Shown: one piece after another, positions 11,729 through 27,964 of the stretch | Numbering within the stretch: position 1 is the first letter of the stretch | Layout of the letters: each line of letters starts with the position of its first letter | Assembly (NCBI GenBank): GCA_000004695.1 | Contig: CM000152.2 | Location: 3,296,001 to 3,360,000, forward strand | Direction: 5' to 3' | Origin: Dictyostelium discoideum | Lineage: Eukaryota | Length of the DNA stretch: 64,000 bases | Notes under the pieces: generated by a model | The model's database searches: none | The model's input: the letters and a program-made list of their open reading frames with translations, nothing else | Told to the model about the DNA's origin: nothing | Translations under genes and position numbers: made by a program

Positions 11729-12305
11729 TCTTTTTTTTTTTTTTTTTTTCTTATCTGTTTTTGGTTGTATTGATATATTTATATTGATAATTGATACTGA
11801 TATTGTTGATAATTGATAGTTGATAATTGATTATTGATTATTGATTATTGATTATTGATTATTGATTATTGATTATTGATATTTGACTTTGTTTTTTAAA
11901 AATTTTAAAAAAAAACAATAAAAAAAAAAAATAATAATTAAATTTAAAATTAAAATAAAGTCTTGAAACTGGAAAAAAAAAAAATAAACTTGATGGTTGT
12001 GTTTTTTAAATATTCTTGTAGATCTTATTCTAAAGAACACTAAAATTTCACTGTTTATATTTATTTCTTTTCTTTTCTCTTCTCTTCTCTTTTTTTTAAT
12101 TATATTATATTATATAAAATAAAAAAAATAAAAAAACAAAATAAAATAATATAAAAAAACTATTAAATTAGTATATATATTTATATATAAATATATTGTT
12201 ACTGGTATTTTAAATAAAATAAAATTTTAAAATAAAATAAAATATATAAAATAAAATAAAATAAAAAAAAAAAAAAAAAAAATCTTAATTGTTTTTTTTT
12301 TATTA

Positions 12306-12364
<59 letters not shown>

Positions 12365-12681
12365 TTTTTATTTTTTTTAAAATTAAATTTTTATGCTGGT
12401 TTTTGAATTTATTATATTACTTTCCAAACCAATTATAGGTTTTATAGTGTGGCGTATTGATGTGTTTTTTTATTTATTTTTTTTTATTTTTTATTTTTTT
12501 TTGCTTTTTTTGTTTTTTTATTTTTTTTTTTTATTTTTTTTTTTTTTTGTGTGATAAAAATACAATAAAATAATATGATGTTGTTTGTTGTTGGATGACG
12601 GTTACATATAAAAAAAATTTAAAAAAAAATTGAAAAAAATTAAAAAAAAAAAAAATTCAAAAAATTAAAAAATAAAAAAAA

Positions 12682-12715
<34 letters not shown>

Positions 12716-13263
12716 TTGAAAAAATTAACAGTCAGTTGAAATGGAGGCGCCAAAATTCAAAATTTAAATTTAAATTAATGGAGGGGGCAAATTAAAAAAT
12801 AAAAAAAAAAAAATAAAAAAAAAAATAAAAAAAAAAAATAAAAATAAAAGACTTTTTTTGGAAAATCTGATTAATTCTTGAGCATAAAAAAAAAAAAAAA
12901 AAAAAAAAATTTAGATTTTAAAATTTTTTTTATTTTTTTTGGCTTTGCAATTTAAAATTTTTTTCTTTTTCTTTTTTTTTTTTATTTTCTTTTTTTTTTT
13001 TTTATATCAATTTTTTTATTTTTTTTATTTTTATTTTTTTTTTTTTTTATTTTTATTTTTTTTTTTTTTTTTTTTTGTCCCCCTGTAATATCTTTGGGAT
13101 GTAAAAAAATAAAAAAAAAAATAACATAAAAAAATAAAATAAAATAAAAAAATAAATAAAAACATGACTGTAAAATTTTTTGATTTTTTGATTTTTTGAT
13201 TTTTTTTTTTTTTTGATTTTTTTTTTTTTTTTTTTAATTTTTCATTAATTTAAATTTTTTACA

Positions 13264-13619
13264 ATGACAGAACCAAATAATAATACAAGTTCACTAGCAG
13301 CACAACCTGTTGCAGCAACATCATCAACAGCAGCCACAATCAATAACACAACAGCAACAACAATAACAACAACAGCACCAGCATCAGCAGCAACAACAAC
13401 GATTTCACCAGGAACAGCATTTTCCTTAATAAACTCAAACCCATTATTAAATTCAGTTGAAGATAATGATTTATTAGTTAAATCTATTGCAGAAGGATAC
13501 TCAAATTATCTTGGTTTTTCACAAAGTACAAATGACCAAGCTAAAAATATTGATGATACAATTGAATATATGTTAGCAAGATTAGATGAGTTTGGTGCTT
13601 TTGTTGAAACTGTATGTAG

Positions 13620-13685
<66 letters not shown>

Positions 13686-14014
13686 TAGTATTAAAAAAAA
13701 AAAAAACCAATCAAACATATTAATTAACTTATTATTATTGTTATTATTATTGTAATATAGATAAAAACAGATACAGATAAAACTGATTCAAAACTTATAC
13801 CATTATTATTTGAAAAAACAAAAGAAGTTCAACAATTTTTCCCAATTATCGATAAACTAACTGAATTATCATCAGATATTAATAAAAATATTTCAATATT
13901 AGAGGATAGATTAAATCAAGCTGATAGACATGTTTCAAATTTAACTGGAAAGAGCAACCCATTAAAATGGGTTTTATCTCATATTGTAAGTATTTTATTT
14001 TAATTTTGTTTTTG

Positions 14015-14057
<43 letters not shown>

Positions 14058-14324
14058 AATTAAAAATAATAAATGTATATTAATTATCAAAATTATATAT
14101 ATATTTAGCAAAAAGAAGAAGATATTTTGCAACAAATTAAAAATTCACAAGAATCAAATAATAATAATAATAATCCTCAACTCAGATTTGAACCACTCAA
14201 AATTCATAATACAACTGAATTCTTTAAACAAGTTAGAAGTCAAGCACAACCATCTAGTACTAATGCTACTACTACTACTACTACTTCTAATATAACGCAA
14301 AATGAAACATTAAAAAAAGAATAA
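13264..14324 (+). CDS. Small T/S-rich coiled-coil protein of unknown function. Exons 13264..13611, 13761..13985, 14109..14324.
   Basis: ATG at 13264. A GTATGT donor at 13612 precedes an intron containing (TTA)n, with AG at 13759-13760. A GTAAGT donor at 13986 precedes AG 14107-14108. All junctions are phase 0, and the stop TAA is at 14322-14324. The encoded protein reads ...EYMLARLDEFGAFVET|IKTDTDKTDSKLIPLLFEKTKEVQQFF...KWVLSHI|QKEEDILQQIKNSQ... Confidence 0.55.
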
Positions 14325-14608
14325 ATATATTTATAAATAAAAACTCTTGTAAATTAAATAATATGGTATGATAATAAATTAAAATTATTACCTTTACTTG
14401 TAGATAAATAACCCGATATTTATACAAGTTTAAAAACAAAAACAAAAAATAAAAAAAAAAAAAAAAATAGAATTCGCCTATAATTAAAAGAAATTGTTTT
14501 AAATATAATTTTAAAAATCTATTATGATATATAATCGGACTTTTTTTTTATTTTTTTTTATTTTTATTTATTTATGTTAGTTTATTGATTTAAATTTATA
14601 ATTTATTG

Positions 14609-15235
14609 TTATACTGATTCTTCACCCATATTATTTGTTGTAGCGGTCGTTGTGGTAGTAGTGGTCAAATCATTTCTGGAATCAGTTGATACAGATATAC
14701 TAATTAATAAAGGTTTTGATTCTTGAGTTTGAAATAAATCTAAAACCAATTTTATACTAAAAAACATAAATAAACTCCATATTATGAATAAAACTGTAAA
14801 TAATATTCTAAAAGGGTATGATATATTAAATTTATTATTATTACCAATTTCTAAAAATTGGCAAATATCGTATGAAGACATAAAAAATGATACTTCTGAT
14901 AAGGTGCAATACTTTTTTTTTTTTTTTTTTTTATTATTTACATAAAAAAAAAATAATAATTTTAATAGTTTTAATAATTTTAATAATAATAAATAAATGA
15001 TATTTACCAATACTAGAAATGATTTTTTTAAAGTTTTAATTCCAAATAATCCAATTATAATTGTTACTATTTCTATAGCCATATTACATATTGATAAAAA
15101 TGAAAAGAAACACCAAGGTATCCTTAATAGTATCATTATTAAAAATAACCATTTTAATTTGTATATTACTTTTTCTAATTCTGTTAATTCATTATAATTT
15201 TCACATTCAAATAATGATAAATCACCACCAATCAT
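14609..15235 (-). CDS. Small multi-pass (about 4 TM) membrane protein. Exons 15235..15008 and 14911..14609.
   Basis: ORF with four hydrophobic segments. A 96-nt low-complexity stretch (15007..14912, GTAAAT...AG) is in-frame but intron-like, coding only LLLKLLKLLK-FFF-KKKKKKK. The model is equally consistent with that stretch being retained. Confidence 0.4.
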   Translation of the reverse strand: MIGGDLSLFECENYNELTELEKVIYKLKWLFLIMILLRIPWCFFSFLSICNMAIEIVTIIIGLFGIKTLKKSFLVLVNIIYLLLLKLLKLLKLLFFFYVNNKKKKKKKYCTLSEVSFFMSSYDICQFLEIGNNNKFNISYPFRILFTVLFIIWSLFMFFSIKLVLDLFQTQESKPLLISISVSTDSRNDLTTTTTTTATTNNMGEESV

Positions 15236-15877
15236 TATAAATATATTATTATTATTATTATTATTTTTATTTTATTTTATTTTTTATTTTTTATTTTTTT
15301 TTTATTTTATTTTATTTTATTTTATTTATTTATTTATTTTATAAACGGAAAAATTTAGTTTTCATCATATATATAGTTTTATTTTTCATTATATAATTTA
15401 ATATATTTTTTTTTGTTCTTTTTTAAATTACTTAATATTATTATTGACTTGGAATGTGTAAAAAAAAAAAAAAAAATAAAAAAAAAAAAAAAAATATAAT
15501 ATAATTTTTTTTTAAAAATTGAATGAAATAAATAAATAAATATTTTTTTTTCTTGTTATTTTAAATACTCATCGTTCATTAGAAAAAAATTATTACAATA
15601 ATAACCAAAACAGATGGTTATAGATTTTATATTGCCTTTTTTTTATTTAGATTTTTATTATTATTTTATTTTATATTTTTTTAATTTTATTTTTTTTAAA
15701 GATTTAGTTGGTGTAAAAAAAAAAAAAATAAAAAAAAAATAATAATAAAAATAATAAAAAGGATGGATTAAAAAAAGGAATTGGTGTTTTTGATTTGGCC
15801 AAATCAAATAATCAAAAATCATAAATTTAAAAAAAAAAAAAAAAATTAAAATAAAAAATTAAAAATAAATCTTTTTT

Positions 15878-15916
<39 letters not shown>

Positions 15917-15956
15917 CAAAAACAGTGAAAAAAAACGAGTCGGTTTTGGAATTTTT

Positions 15957-15989
<33 letters not shown>

Positions 15990-16081
15990 TTTTTATTTTT
16001 TTATTAATATTATTATTATTATTATTTTTTTTTGACGAAAACATTTAAATAGATTTTTTTGTCTATAAAAAAAAAATTAAA

Positions 16082-16387
16082 ATGAATTTAAATAAAAATA
16101 ATAACAGTGTTGAAGATAGTGTTAGTAGTGATTTAATTGATTTAGAATGTACATTCGAATCAATGGGTTTGGATAATAGAATCCTTAGAGCATTAAAAAA
16201 GATGGGATTCCAAAATCCAAGTCTTGTACAATCAAAATCAATTCCACTCTCATTACAAGGTAAAGATATTTTAGCAAAAGCTAGAACTGGTTCTGGTAAA
16301 ACTGCTGCATATTCAATCCCAATTATTCAAAAAGTTTTAATGGCAAAAGAAGTAAGTGTTTAATTTAATAAATTAATAAATTAATAA

Positions 16388-16480
<93 letters not shown>

Positions 16481-18385
16481 AATTTTTATTTTTTATTTTT
16501 ATTATTTCATTTTTAGAAATCAAATATTAAAGGTGTTAAAGCAGTTGTATTAGTACCAACTAGAGAATTATGTGAACAAGTTAAGAATCATTTTAATCAA
16601 GTTTCATATTATTGTCAACAATTAGTATCAGTAGTACAATTAGGTAATGATAAGACATTGGATGAACAAAAAGGTTTACTTCGTGATATTCCAGATGTTA
16701 TAGTTAGTACACCAACAAGATTAGTACAACATTTAGAGAATAAAACCATTCAATTACAATCAACATTAGATATATTAGTAATTGATGAAGCTGATTTAGT
16801 TTTAAATTATGGTCATCAAAATGATATTAACATAATTAAATCATTTTTACCAAAAGTTTGTCAATGCTTTTTAATGTCTGCAACATTAACTAAAGAAGTT
16901 GAAGAATTAAAAAAATTAGTATTACATACTCCAGCCGTTTTAAAATTAGAAGAAGATAAAGCAATTCAAACTAATTTATCAGAATATTCAATTAAGTAAG
17001 TAATAATTAAAATTAATATTAATATTAATATATATTAATATATATTAATATTATTTTTAATTTTTTATTTATTTAGATGTGCAGAAGTTGATAAATTCTT
17101 ATTAGTATTTTCATTATTAAGATTAAGATTAATGCAAGGAAAAATTTTATTCTTTGTAAATGATACAAATAATTGTTATAAATTGAAATTATTCTTTGAA
17201 AGATTTCATATTAAATGTGCAGTTTTAAATTCAGAATTACCAATTAACTCTAGACATGATATCATTTTACAATTTAATAAAGGTTTATTCGATTATTTAA
17301 TTGCAACTGATGAATCTTTTAAATCTGATTCAAATAAAAAAGAAGAACAAGAATTAGAAGATAATGAAAATGAGGATGATGATGATGATGATGATGAAAT
17401 GACTGATGTTAAAAAAGAAGATGATGAAGAAAATGAAGATGAAGAAGAAAATGATGAAGAAAATGAAGAAGATGAAGAAAATGAAGAAGATGAAGAAGAT
17501 GAAGAAAATGAAGAAGATGATGATGAAGAAGAAAATGAAGAAGATGATGATAAAAAAAATAAAAATAAAAAAATAAATAATTCAAAAGGTGATAAAGAAT
17601 ATGGTGTAGCAAGAGGTATTGATTTTAGAAATGTTGATATTGTTGTAAATTTCGATTTTCCAAGAACAATTAAAAATTATATTCATCGTATTGGTAGAAC
17701 CGCTAGAGGTACAAATAAGGGTATTGCATTATCATTTGTAACTTATCATAATGAAGAACTCTTAAAAAAAGTATCAAAGACTAGAGGCGATGCAGGATAC
17801 AATCTTAAACCATTCGAATTTAAAATGAATGCAATTGAAGGTTTCAGATATAGAGTTGAAGATGTACTTAGAACTATTGGTATTCGTGCAATTAAAGAAG
17901 CCAAGAAAACTGAATTAAAACAAGAACTTTTAAATAACGAGAAATTAAAATCTCACTTTTCAGAGAATCCACAAGATCTTTTAGCTTTAAAACATGATAC
18001 TACCTTAATTAAAAAACAAGTCCCACTTCATTTACGTGTTGTTCCAGAGTACCTCTTACCAACACAATTCAAAAATCATGCCGATCAAAAATTGGAAATC
18101 ATTCCATCAAGACCACAATCTGGTCATCATGGTACAACCGGTAGAAGTTTAGGTGTTAATAAAAAACTTGAGCAAAAGAAAAGAAAGAAAGATATCTTAA
18201 AAACTTTATCAATTAAAAAGAATACAACTCTCACTGGTGAAGAATTGGCTCAAGCTCGTTCTAAATCACTCATTAAAAGATTAAAAATTAAAGAAGGTAA
18301 TATCTCTGCTGATGGTTCTTATAAAACTGTTAAAGTTCAAAAGAAAGGTGCAAATAATAATAGAAGAAAACTTATTGTTGATTAA
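16082..18385 (+). CDS. ddx56: ATP-dependent RNA helicase DDX56/Dbp9-type (DEAD box). Exons 16082..16351, 16517..16995, 17077..18385.
   Basis: Q-motif, motif I and Ia ([19 protein letters not shown]), DEAD (VIDEADLVL), SAT (MSATL), and ...HRIGRTARG...[10 protein letters not shown]... are all present, with collinear similarity to DDX56 including the acidic D/E insert. GTAAGT donors at 16352 and 16996; AG acceptors at 16515-16516 and 17075-17076. Phases 0, 2, 1 are consistent. Confidence 0.8.
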
Positions 18386-18420
<35 letters not shown>

Positions 18421-18521
18421 TAATAATAATTTTTTAAAAAAAAAACACACTCCCACATACACACACACTCTCTCTCAATATATATTATTTTTCTCATATT
18501 AAATTTTACAAATAAATAAAT

Positions 18522-18570
<49 letters not shown>

Positions 18571-18621
18571 ACACATATATGATATAGAGTTTATTATTAT
18601 TATTTATTTGTTATTTATTTA

Positions 18622-19553
18622 TTATTTAATTATAAATTTTGGTTCACCAGAATTAATTGAAATTTGAAATGATTTTACATGATTAAATTGATTTAATTTA
18701 AATAATTGTATAATTGAAGATTCAAATTCTTTAAAATTATAAGAATCAGTTGTTTCATCAATTTCAAAGTAATCACCATTTAAAAAGATGAAATAATGAT
18801 TAATTCTTTTATTATTTTCCAATAAATATTTAATTAGTTGTATTGATTTTATATCTTGTAAGAAAATTCTAGTTATTGATTCATTTTCAATAATCATTGA
18901 AAATAAAACTTCTAATAGTTGTGGAATTTCATTTAATACCCAATTTACATTTTCATTCATTTGTGTTACAATTGAAATTGATTTCAAACTTTTACTAATT
19001 TTAATTAATTCTTTATATTTATTCCAATGTTTAATAAATAATTCTATTTTTTCATTTGTTAATAAATTATTATTAAATTCTTTAATTTTACTATTAAATT
19101 CTATTTCTTTATTATTATTATTATTATAATTTAATAATAAATTTGGAAACATTTGAAAAAACTTTGAAATAAATGATTGAAAATTCATTGAAATAATTAA
19201 ACTTTTTAAATTTGGAAATAATTTTAAAGAATAATATAATGTAGTAATTGTTGAATCTTCTAATATAAAAATATTAACTTTTGAAAAACCAATACTTTTA
19301 TTATTATTATTATTATTATTATTAATATTATTATTTGATTTTAATAATTTAAAAGTTTTATAAAAATTTAAAATAATTTTTGAAAATCCAATTTCAATTA
19401 CTTTAATTGGTCTATTTAAATTATATAATGATTTTATTAAATATTGGAAATCAGTTGAATTATTTTGATAACTAAATGTGAAATCATAAATTGAGGTAAT
19501 ATTACTATCATCTCCTATTAAATATTCTTTTTTATTATTATTATAATTACTAC

Positions 19554-19641
<88 letters not shown>

Positions 19642-20241
19642 TAAGGTTTCATTATTAATTCTTTGAACAATATGTTTAAATAATGATATATTTTTAAATT
19701 TAATTCCTTTAATTATAATTTTATCCATTTTTGAGAATGATAAATTATTAATTATTATTCTTTTTAAATTCTTAAATAAACTAATATCAATAATTAATTG
19801 ATTTAATAAATTAACTAACTTTACTAAGTCATCTTCTGTAATTAATGGTTTATTATATCCATTTTTAAATTTTTCTGTATTTAATTTTAAATATTTTATT
19901 GAATCATTATTAATTATTGAATAATTATTATTTTTATTATTATTATTAATTAATTCATTTAATTTAATTATTAATGATTTATAATCTAAATTTGGATTAT
20001 TTTTATAATAGAAATCAATTGATACATTTAGATTTAATTTCATATATTTAAACCATTCCCAACATACTAATGAAATTTTATCAATATCAATTGGTTGTGT
20101 TGGTTTACGTGAAAATAGATCATTTGGTATTGGTGGTGTTGGATATGATGATGTATATGATTTAATTTTTTTATTATGATAATTAATATCTATTATTAAA
20201 AAATTTAATATCTTTTTTTGAACATAAATTGGAATTATCAT
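18622..20241 (-). CDS. Hypothetical poly-N-containing protein, 539 aa, single exon
   Basis: Long ORF with a Dictyostelium-typical N-rich composition and non-repetitive flanks. I do not recognise any domain. Confidence 0.45.
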
Positions 20242-20496
20242 TTTTGCTTTTTTTTTTTATTGGAAAAAAAAAAAAAAGAAAAAAAAAGAAAAAAAAAATT
20301 AAATTAGAAAAAAAATAATAAAAATTAAATTATAAAAAAAAAAAAAAAAAAAAAAATTAAAAAATAAAAAAAAAGATATTAAAAAAAAATAGATTTTAAA
20401 TTGTAAAAAAAAAAAAAAATTAAAAGTAGAAAAAAAATTAGTCATTCTTTTTTTTTTTTTTTATTTTTTTATTTTTTTATTTTTAATAATAATAAT

Positions 20497-20645
20497 ACCC
20501 ACTGTGGAGTTTCACCAATGCTCTAAAATTTTCAGCTGTCTTTGGTATAATATCGTTATATAATTCAAATACAACTCTACCTAATTCTTTTCACCTTGTT
20601 TTATATCAAAAAAAAAAAAAAAAAACCTTAACTCTACTATTTGCC
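20497..20645 (-). pseudogene. Truncated or frameshifted 5' fragment of a cyclophilin gene
   Basis: The minus strand reads ATGGCAAATAGTAGAGTTAAGG(T)n...GATATAAAACAAGGTGAAAAGAAT...GTTGTATTTGAATTATATAACGATATTATACCAAAGACAGCTGAAAATTTTAGAGCATTG, which gives [38 protein letters not shown]. About 75 nt (20521-20597) are ~90% identical to 21226-21300 of the intact gene. It ends in Y-Y-Y-Y-stop. Confidence 0.6.
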
Positions 20646-20820
20646 ATTTTTTTAATTTTAAACAAAAAAAAAAAAAATAAAACCAAAAAAAAAAAAAAAA
20701 AAAATTTAGTGGACCTGTTAAAAAAAAAGAGAGAAAAAGTTAAAGATTTAAAAGTAAAATAATCTTTTTCTTATTTTTATTTTTTATTTGTTATTATTAT
20801 TATTATTATTTAAAAAGTTT

Positions 20821-21345
20821 TTAAAGTTGACCACAATCTTCAATGACACATGCAGCTTTTGGACGATCACTTCTATCAGTTTCAGCATTTTCAACTTTTT
20901 TGACTATATCAAAGCCTTCAACTACTTCACCAAATACAGTATGACCACCATTTAAATGTGGAGTTTCAGCAGTGGTAATAAAGAATTGAGAACCATTTGT
21001 ATTTTTACCAGCATTTGCCATTGATAAACAACCGATTTTATGTTTAACGAGGAAATTTTCATCATTAAAAGTACGACCATAAATTGATTCACCACCAATA
21101 CCAGTACCATGAGTGAAATCACCACCTTGAACCATAAAGTTTTTAATGACTCTGTGAAATGATGAACCTTTGTAATGTAATGGTTTACCTGATTTACCAA
21201 TACCTTTTTCACCAGTACATAATGCTCTAAAATTCTCTGCTGTCTTTGGTACGATATCGTTATATAATTCAAATACAACTCTACCTAATGGTGTATTACC
21301 TTGTTTAATTTGAAAAAAAACTTTATTTCTAATAATTCCTGTCAT
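20821..21345 (-). CDS. Cyclophilin-type peptidyl-prolyl cis-trans isomerase, 174 aa
   Basis: [28 protein letters not shown]...[15 protein letters not shown]...GGESIYG...[18 protein letters not shown]...[11 protein letters not shown] is the canonical cyclophilin A fold signature. Confidence 0.9.
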   Translation of the reverse strand: MTGIIRNKVFFQIKQGNTPLGRVVFELYNDIVPKTAENFRALCTGEKGIGKSGKPLHYKGSSFHRVIKNFMVQGGDFTHGTGIGGESIYGRTFNDENFLVKHKIGCLSMANAGKNTNGSQFFITTAETPHLNGGHTVFGEVVEGFDIVKKVENAETDRSDRPKAACVIEDCGQL

Positions 21346-21500
21346 TTTTTTAGTTAATATTAAAAAACGAAAATGAAAATAAAAAAAAAAAATTTTTTTA
21401 AAAAAAAAAAAATAAAATTTAAAGATTTCGTTTTTACGCGAAAGAGAAAAAAAAAAAAAAAAAAGATTAATTTAAAGATTTGTAAAAAAAAAAAAAAAAA

Positions 21501-22841
21501 ATGATAAATAAAATTGTAAAAAATGTTATAGAAAATCAATTTAAAGGATATAATAAATTAAAAGATTTACCAATTTCATTATTTGTTTATTGGCCATATT
21601 GTAGTAAAATATGTCCATATTGTAATTTTAATAAATATAGAGATTCAGATAAGGTTGATCATGAAAGAATGTCAAAAAGTTTATCAAGAGAATTAGAATC
21701 ATTTGTAAAGAATATATATTTAAATAGTAATGAAAATAGTTTTATAAGAGAAAGACCAATAACATCGATTTATTTTGGCGGTGGTACGCCATCGTTAGCA
21801 AAGATTTCAACATTTGTAGAAACCATTGAAACAATGAAAAAACTATTCCCATCGTCATTGAGTATTGAAGATATTGAAATCACATTGGAGGTAAATCCAG
21901 ATCAAAAAGATTTAAAAAATTTATTAAAAGATTTTAAAAAATATGTTGGTGTTAATAGAGTTTCATTGGGTGTTCAATCATTGGTTGATAAAGATCTCCA
22001 TTTTTTAGGTAGAACTCATAATAGAATTCAAGCTGAAGAAAGTATAAAAATTGCAAGAGATTTATTTGACCATGTTACATTTGATTTGATTTATTCTAGA
22101 ACTATAGATCAAACTTTGGAACAATGGAGAAATGAATTGAGATATGCTTTGAATTTAGCAGATGGTAATGGTCATGTTTCATTATACACACTAACCTTTG
22201 AACAAGGTACATCATTCTATAGAAGATTGTCTTCAAAAGGTAATAAATTTAAAATCATTCCACCTGATGATCAAAAATCATCAGACCTTTATGATTTAAC
22301 GGTTTGTGAAGCTGAAGCTATGGGTTTCCAACAATATGAAATTAGTAGTTTTGCATCTTCACATAATCAAAAAGGTAAACATAATTTAAATTATTGGAGA
22401 TCTGGTGATTTCATTGGTATTGGTCCTGGTGCTTCTTCAAGATTGACAACTTTAAATAATAATAATAATAATAATAATCAAATTTCAAGATATTCTTTCA
22501 AAAATATATTACACCCAAAAGAGTGGATGGAAAAGTTAAATTCAAAAGAAATATTATGCAATGCATTCATTGAAGATGAATTTAATCCAACCATACCTTT
22601 AACAAATTTTGAAGTGGCTGAAGAAATGTTACTCAATGGTTTGCGTACTATTGAAGGTGTTCAGCTTTCAACTTTTACTTTTCAAACTAATGGTTTAACT
22701 TTTGATCAATTTTTAAATATGAAACAAGTTGAAATATTACAAGAACAAGGATTTTTAATATTAGAACCAACTTGTTTAAAATTAACTGGAAATGGTAGAA
22801 AATTATTAGATACTATAATTCCAAAGATTTTAAAATATTAA
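21501..22841 (+). CDS. Radical-SAM heme chaperone HemW / RSAD1 (coproporphyrinogen-III oxidase-like), 446 aa
   Basis: CxxxCxxC radical-SAM motif (YWPYCSKICPYCNF), a glycine-rich SAM-binding segment (IYFGGGTPS), and HemN-like C-terminal domain length. It is divergent from the cyclophilin gene across a 155-bp shared upstream region. Confidence 0.75.
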   Translation: MINKIVKNVIENQFKGYNKLKDLPISLFVYWPYCSKICPYCNFNKYRDSDKVDHERMSKSLSRELESFVKNIYLNSNENSFIRERPITSIYFGGGTPSLAKISTFVETIETMKKLFPSSLSIEDIEITLEVNPDQKDLKNLLKDFKKYVGVNRVSLGVQSLVDKDLHFLGRTHNRIQAEESIKIARDLFDHVTFDLIYSRTIDQTLEQWRNELRYALNLADGNGHVSLYTLTFEQGTSFYRRLSSKGNKFKIIPPDDQKSSDLYDLTVCEAEAMGFQQYEISSFASSHNQKGKHNLNYWRSGDFIGIGPGASSRLTTLNNNNNNNNQISRYSFKNILHPKEWMEKLNSKEILCNAFIEDEFNPTIPLTNFEVAEEMLLNGLRTIEGVQLSTFTFQTNGLTFDQFLNMKQVEILQEQGFLILEPTCLKLTGNGRKLLDTIIPKILKY

Positions 22842-23388
22842 TATAAAAAAAAAAAAAAAAAAAAAAATAATATTAATATTTGTGAATTTTTATAATCAAA
22901 ATTTCTGTGAATTTTTTGATCAAATCTGAGATTTCTTTTTAATTTAATTTTAATTTTTTTTTAATTTTTTTTTTTTTTAAATTTAATTTTTTTTTTTTTA
23001 ATTATTATTTTTTATTTTTTTTATTTTTTTTATTTTTTTTTTTTTTTGATTAAAAAAACTCAATCATAGCTTCAAATTAGACTACTCAATAAAATTAATT
23101 ATTATTTTTTTTTTATTTTTTTATTATTAATCTTTTTTAGATAAAATCCGTCCCAAATAAACTTTTTTTAATTTAATCTTTTTTTTTTTATTTTATTTTA
23201 TTTTTTTATTTTTTTTTTTAATTTTTATTTTTTTTTTTTTTTTTTACACGGAGCCAAAGAAAATTAAAATTATTTTTTATTTTTTTTATTTTATTTTTTT
23301 TAATTTAAAATCTTGTAAAGGAAGAAACAAAGAAAACACGCACACACACACACAATATAAATATACAAGTTGTATATATATTGTTTTA

Positions 23389-26888
<3,500 letters not shown>

Positions 26889-27156
26889 TTGATAAAAATA
26901 AAAAAATAAAAAAATAAAAAAAAATAAAAAATAAAATAAAAGAAAATAAAAAGAAAATAAAAAGAAAATAAAAAAAAAAAGTAGTAAATAAAACAATATA
27001 AAAACAATATAATGTGTTCAAAAGCAGTATTTTTTTATTTTATTAAAAAAAAAAAAAAAAATTATTAATATAGAGAGGTTGGTAGGTTTTTTTTTTTTTT
27101 TGTGGTTATATAAATAAATTATTTTTATTTTGGAAAGGTGTTATAATAATAATGTT

Positions 27157-27190
<34 letters not shown>

Positions 27191-27793
27191 CCCAAAAATA
27201 AAAAAATGATTGCTTAAAAAATAAGGAAAAATAATAAATGTTAATTAAATTGAAACAGTAAATCTGATCGTTTTTTTTTTTTTTTAAAACAAAAATATTA
27301 AATAAAAAAAAAAAAAAAATTTTATTACTTTACTTCTAATTAACTTTTAACTAATTTTTTATTGTAATAACCACTTTTTTTTTTTTAAAAAAAAAAAAAA
27401 CAACACTTGGATGAAAATACACTTGGATGAAAATACTAATTTTTCAATTTAATTTCCCAATATATTTAATGTTTGTTTAAATCTATAATAAAAAATTGAT
27501 GATTTAATTAACTCTTTTCTGTCCATTATTCTCTAATAGGAAATAAAAAAGATTTTTTTTTTTTTTTATAATATAAAAATAATTCAAATCTAATTATAAA
27601 TCTTAAATAGTACTATAATAATATATAGAAATTTTTTTTTTTTTTTTTTTTTTAAAAAAAATACCCCTTTGACTTCTTTTTAATTTTTATAAAAAATAAA
27701 AAAATTAAATTTATCTTTTTTATTTTTTTTATTTTTATTTAATTTAATTTTTTTATTTTTTTTTTTATTGCTTAATTTTGTTCACTTATTTGG

Positions 27794-27837
<44 letters not shown>

Positions 27838-27964
27838 TAAAGACAAAACAAAAAAAAAAAAAATCTTATTATTATTTCTCAATAATTTTAAAATATATAA
27901 AAATTAACAAATATTATAAAATAAAATAAATAAAATAAATAAAATAAAATAAAATAAAATAAAA

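Noticed and set aside
16381-16470. Long (AAT)n tracts as candidate CRISPR-like or satellite arrays (also 23750-23840, 25530-25600, 40700-40790, 46800-46890)
   Set aside because: These are simple trinucleotide microsatellites, ubiquitous in dictyostelid introns and N/Q-rich exons. They have no repeat-spacer architecture.
20952-21278. ORF 20952..21278 (-) overlapping the cyclophilin gene
   Set aside because: Alternate frame of the cyclophilin CDS. The cyclophilin frame has strong family signatures and this frame has none.
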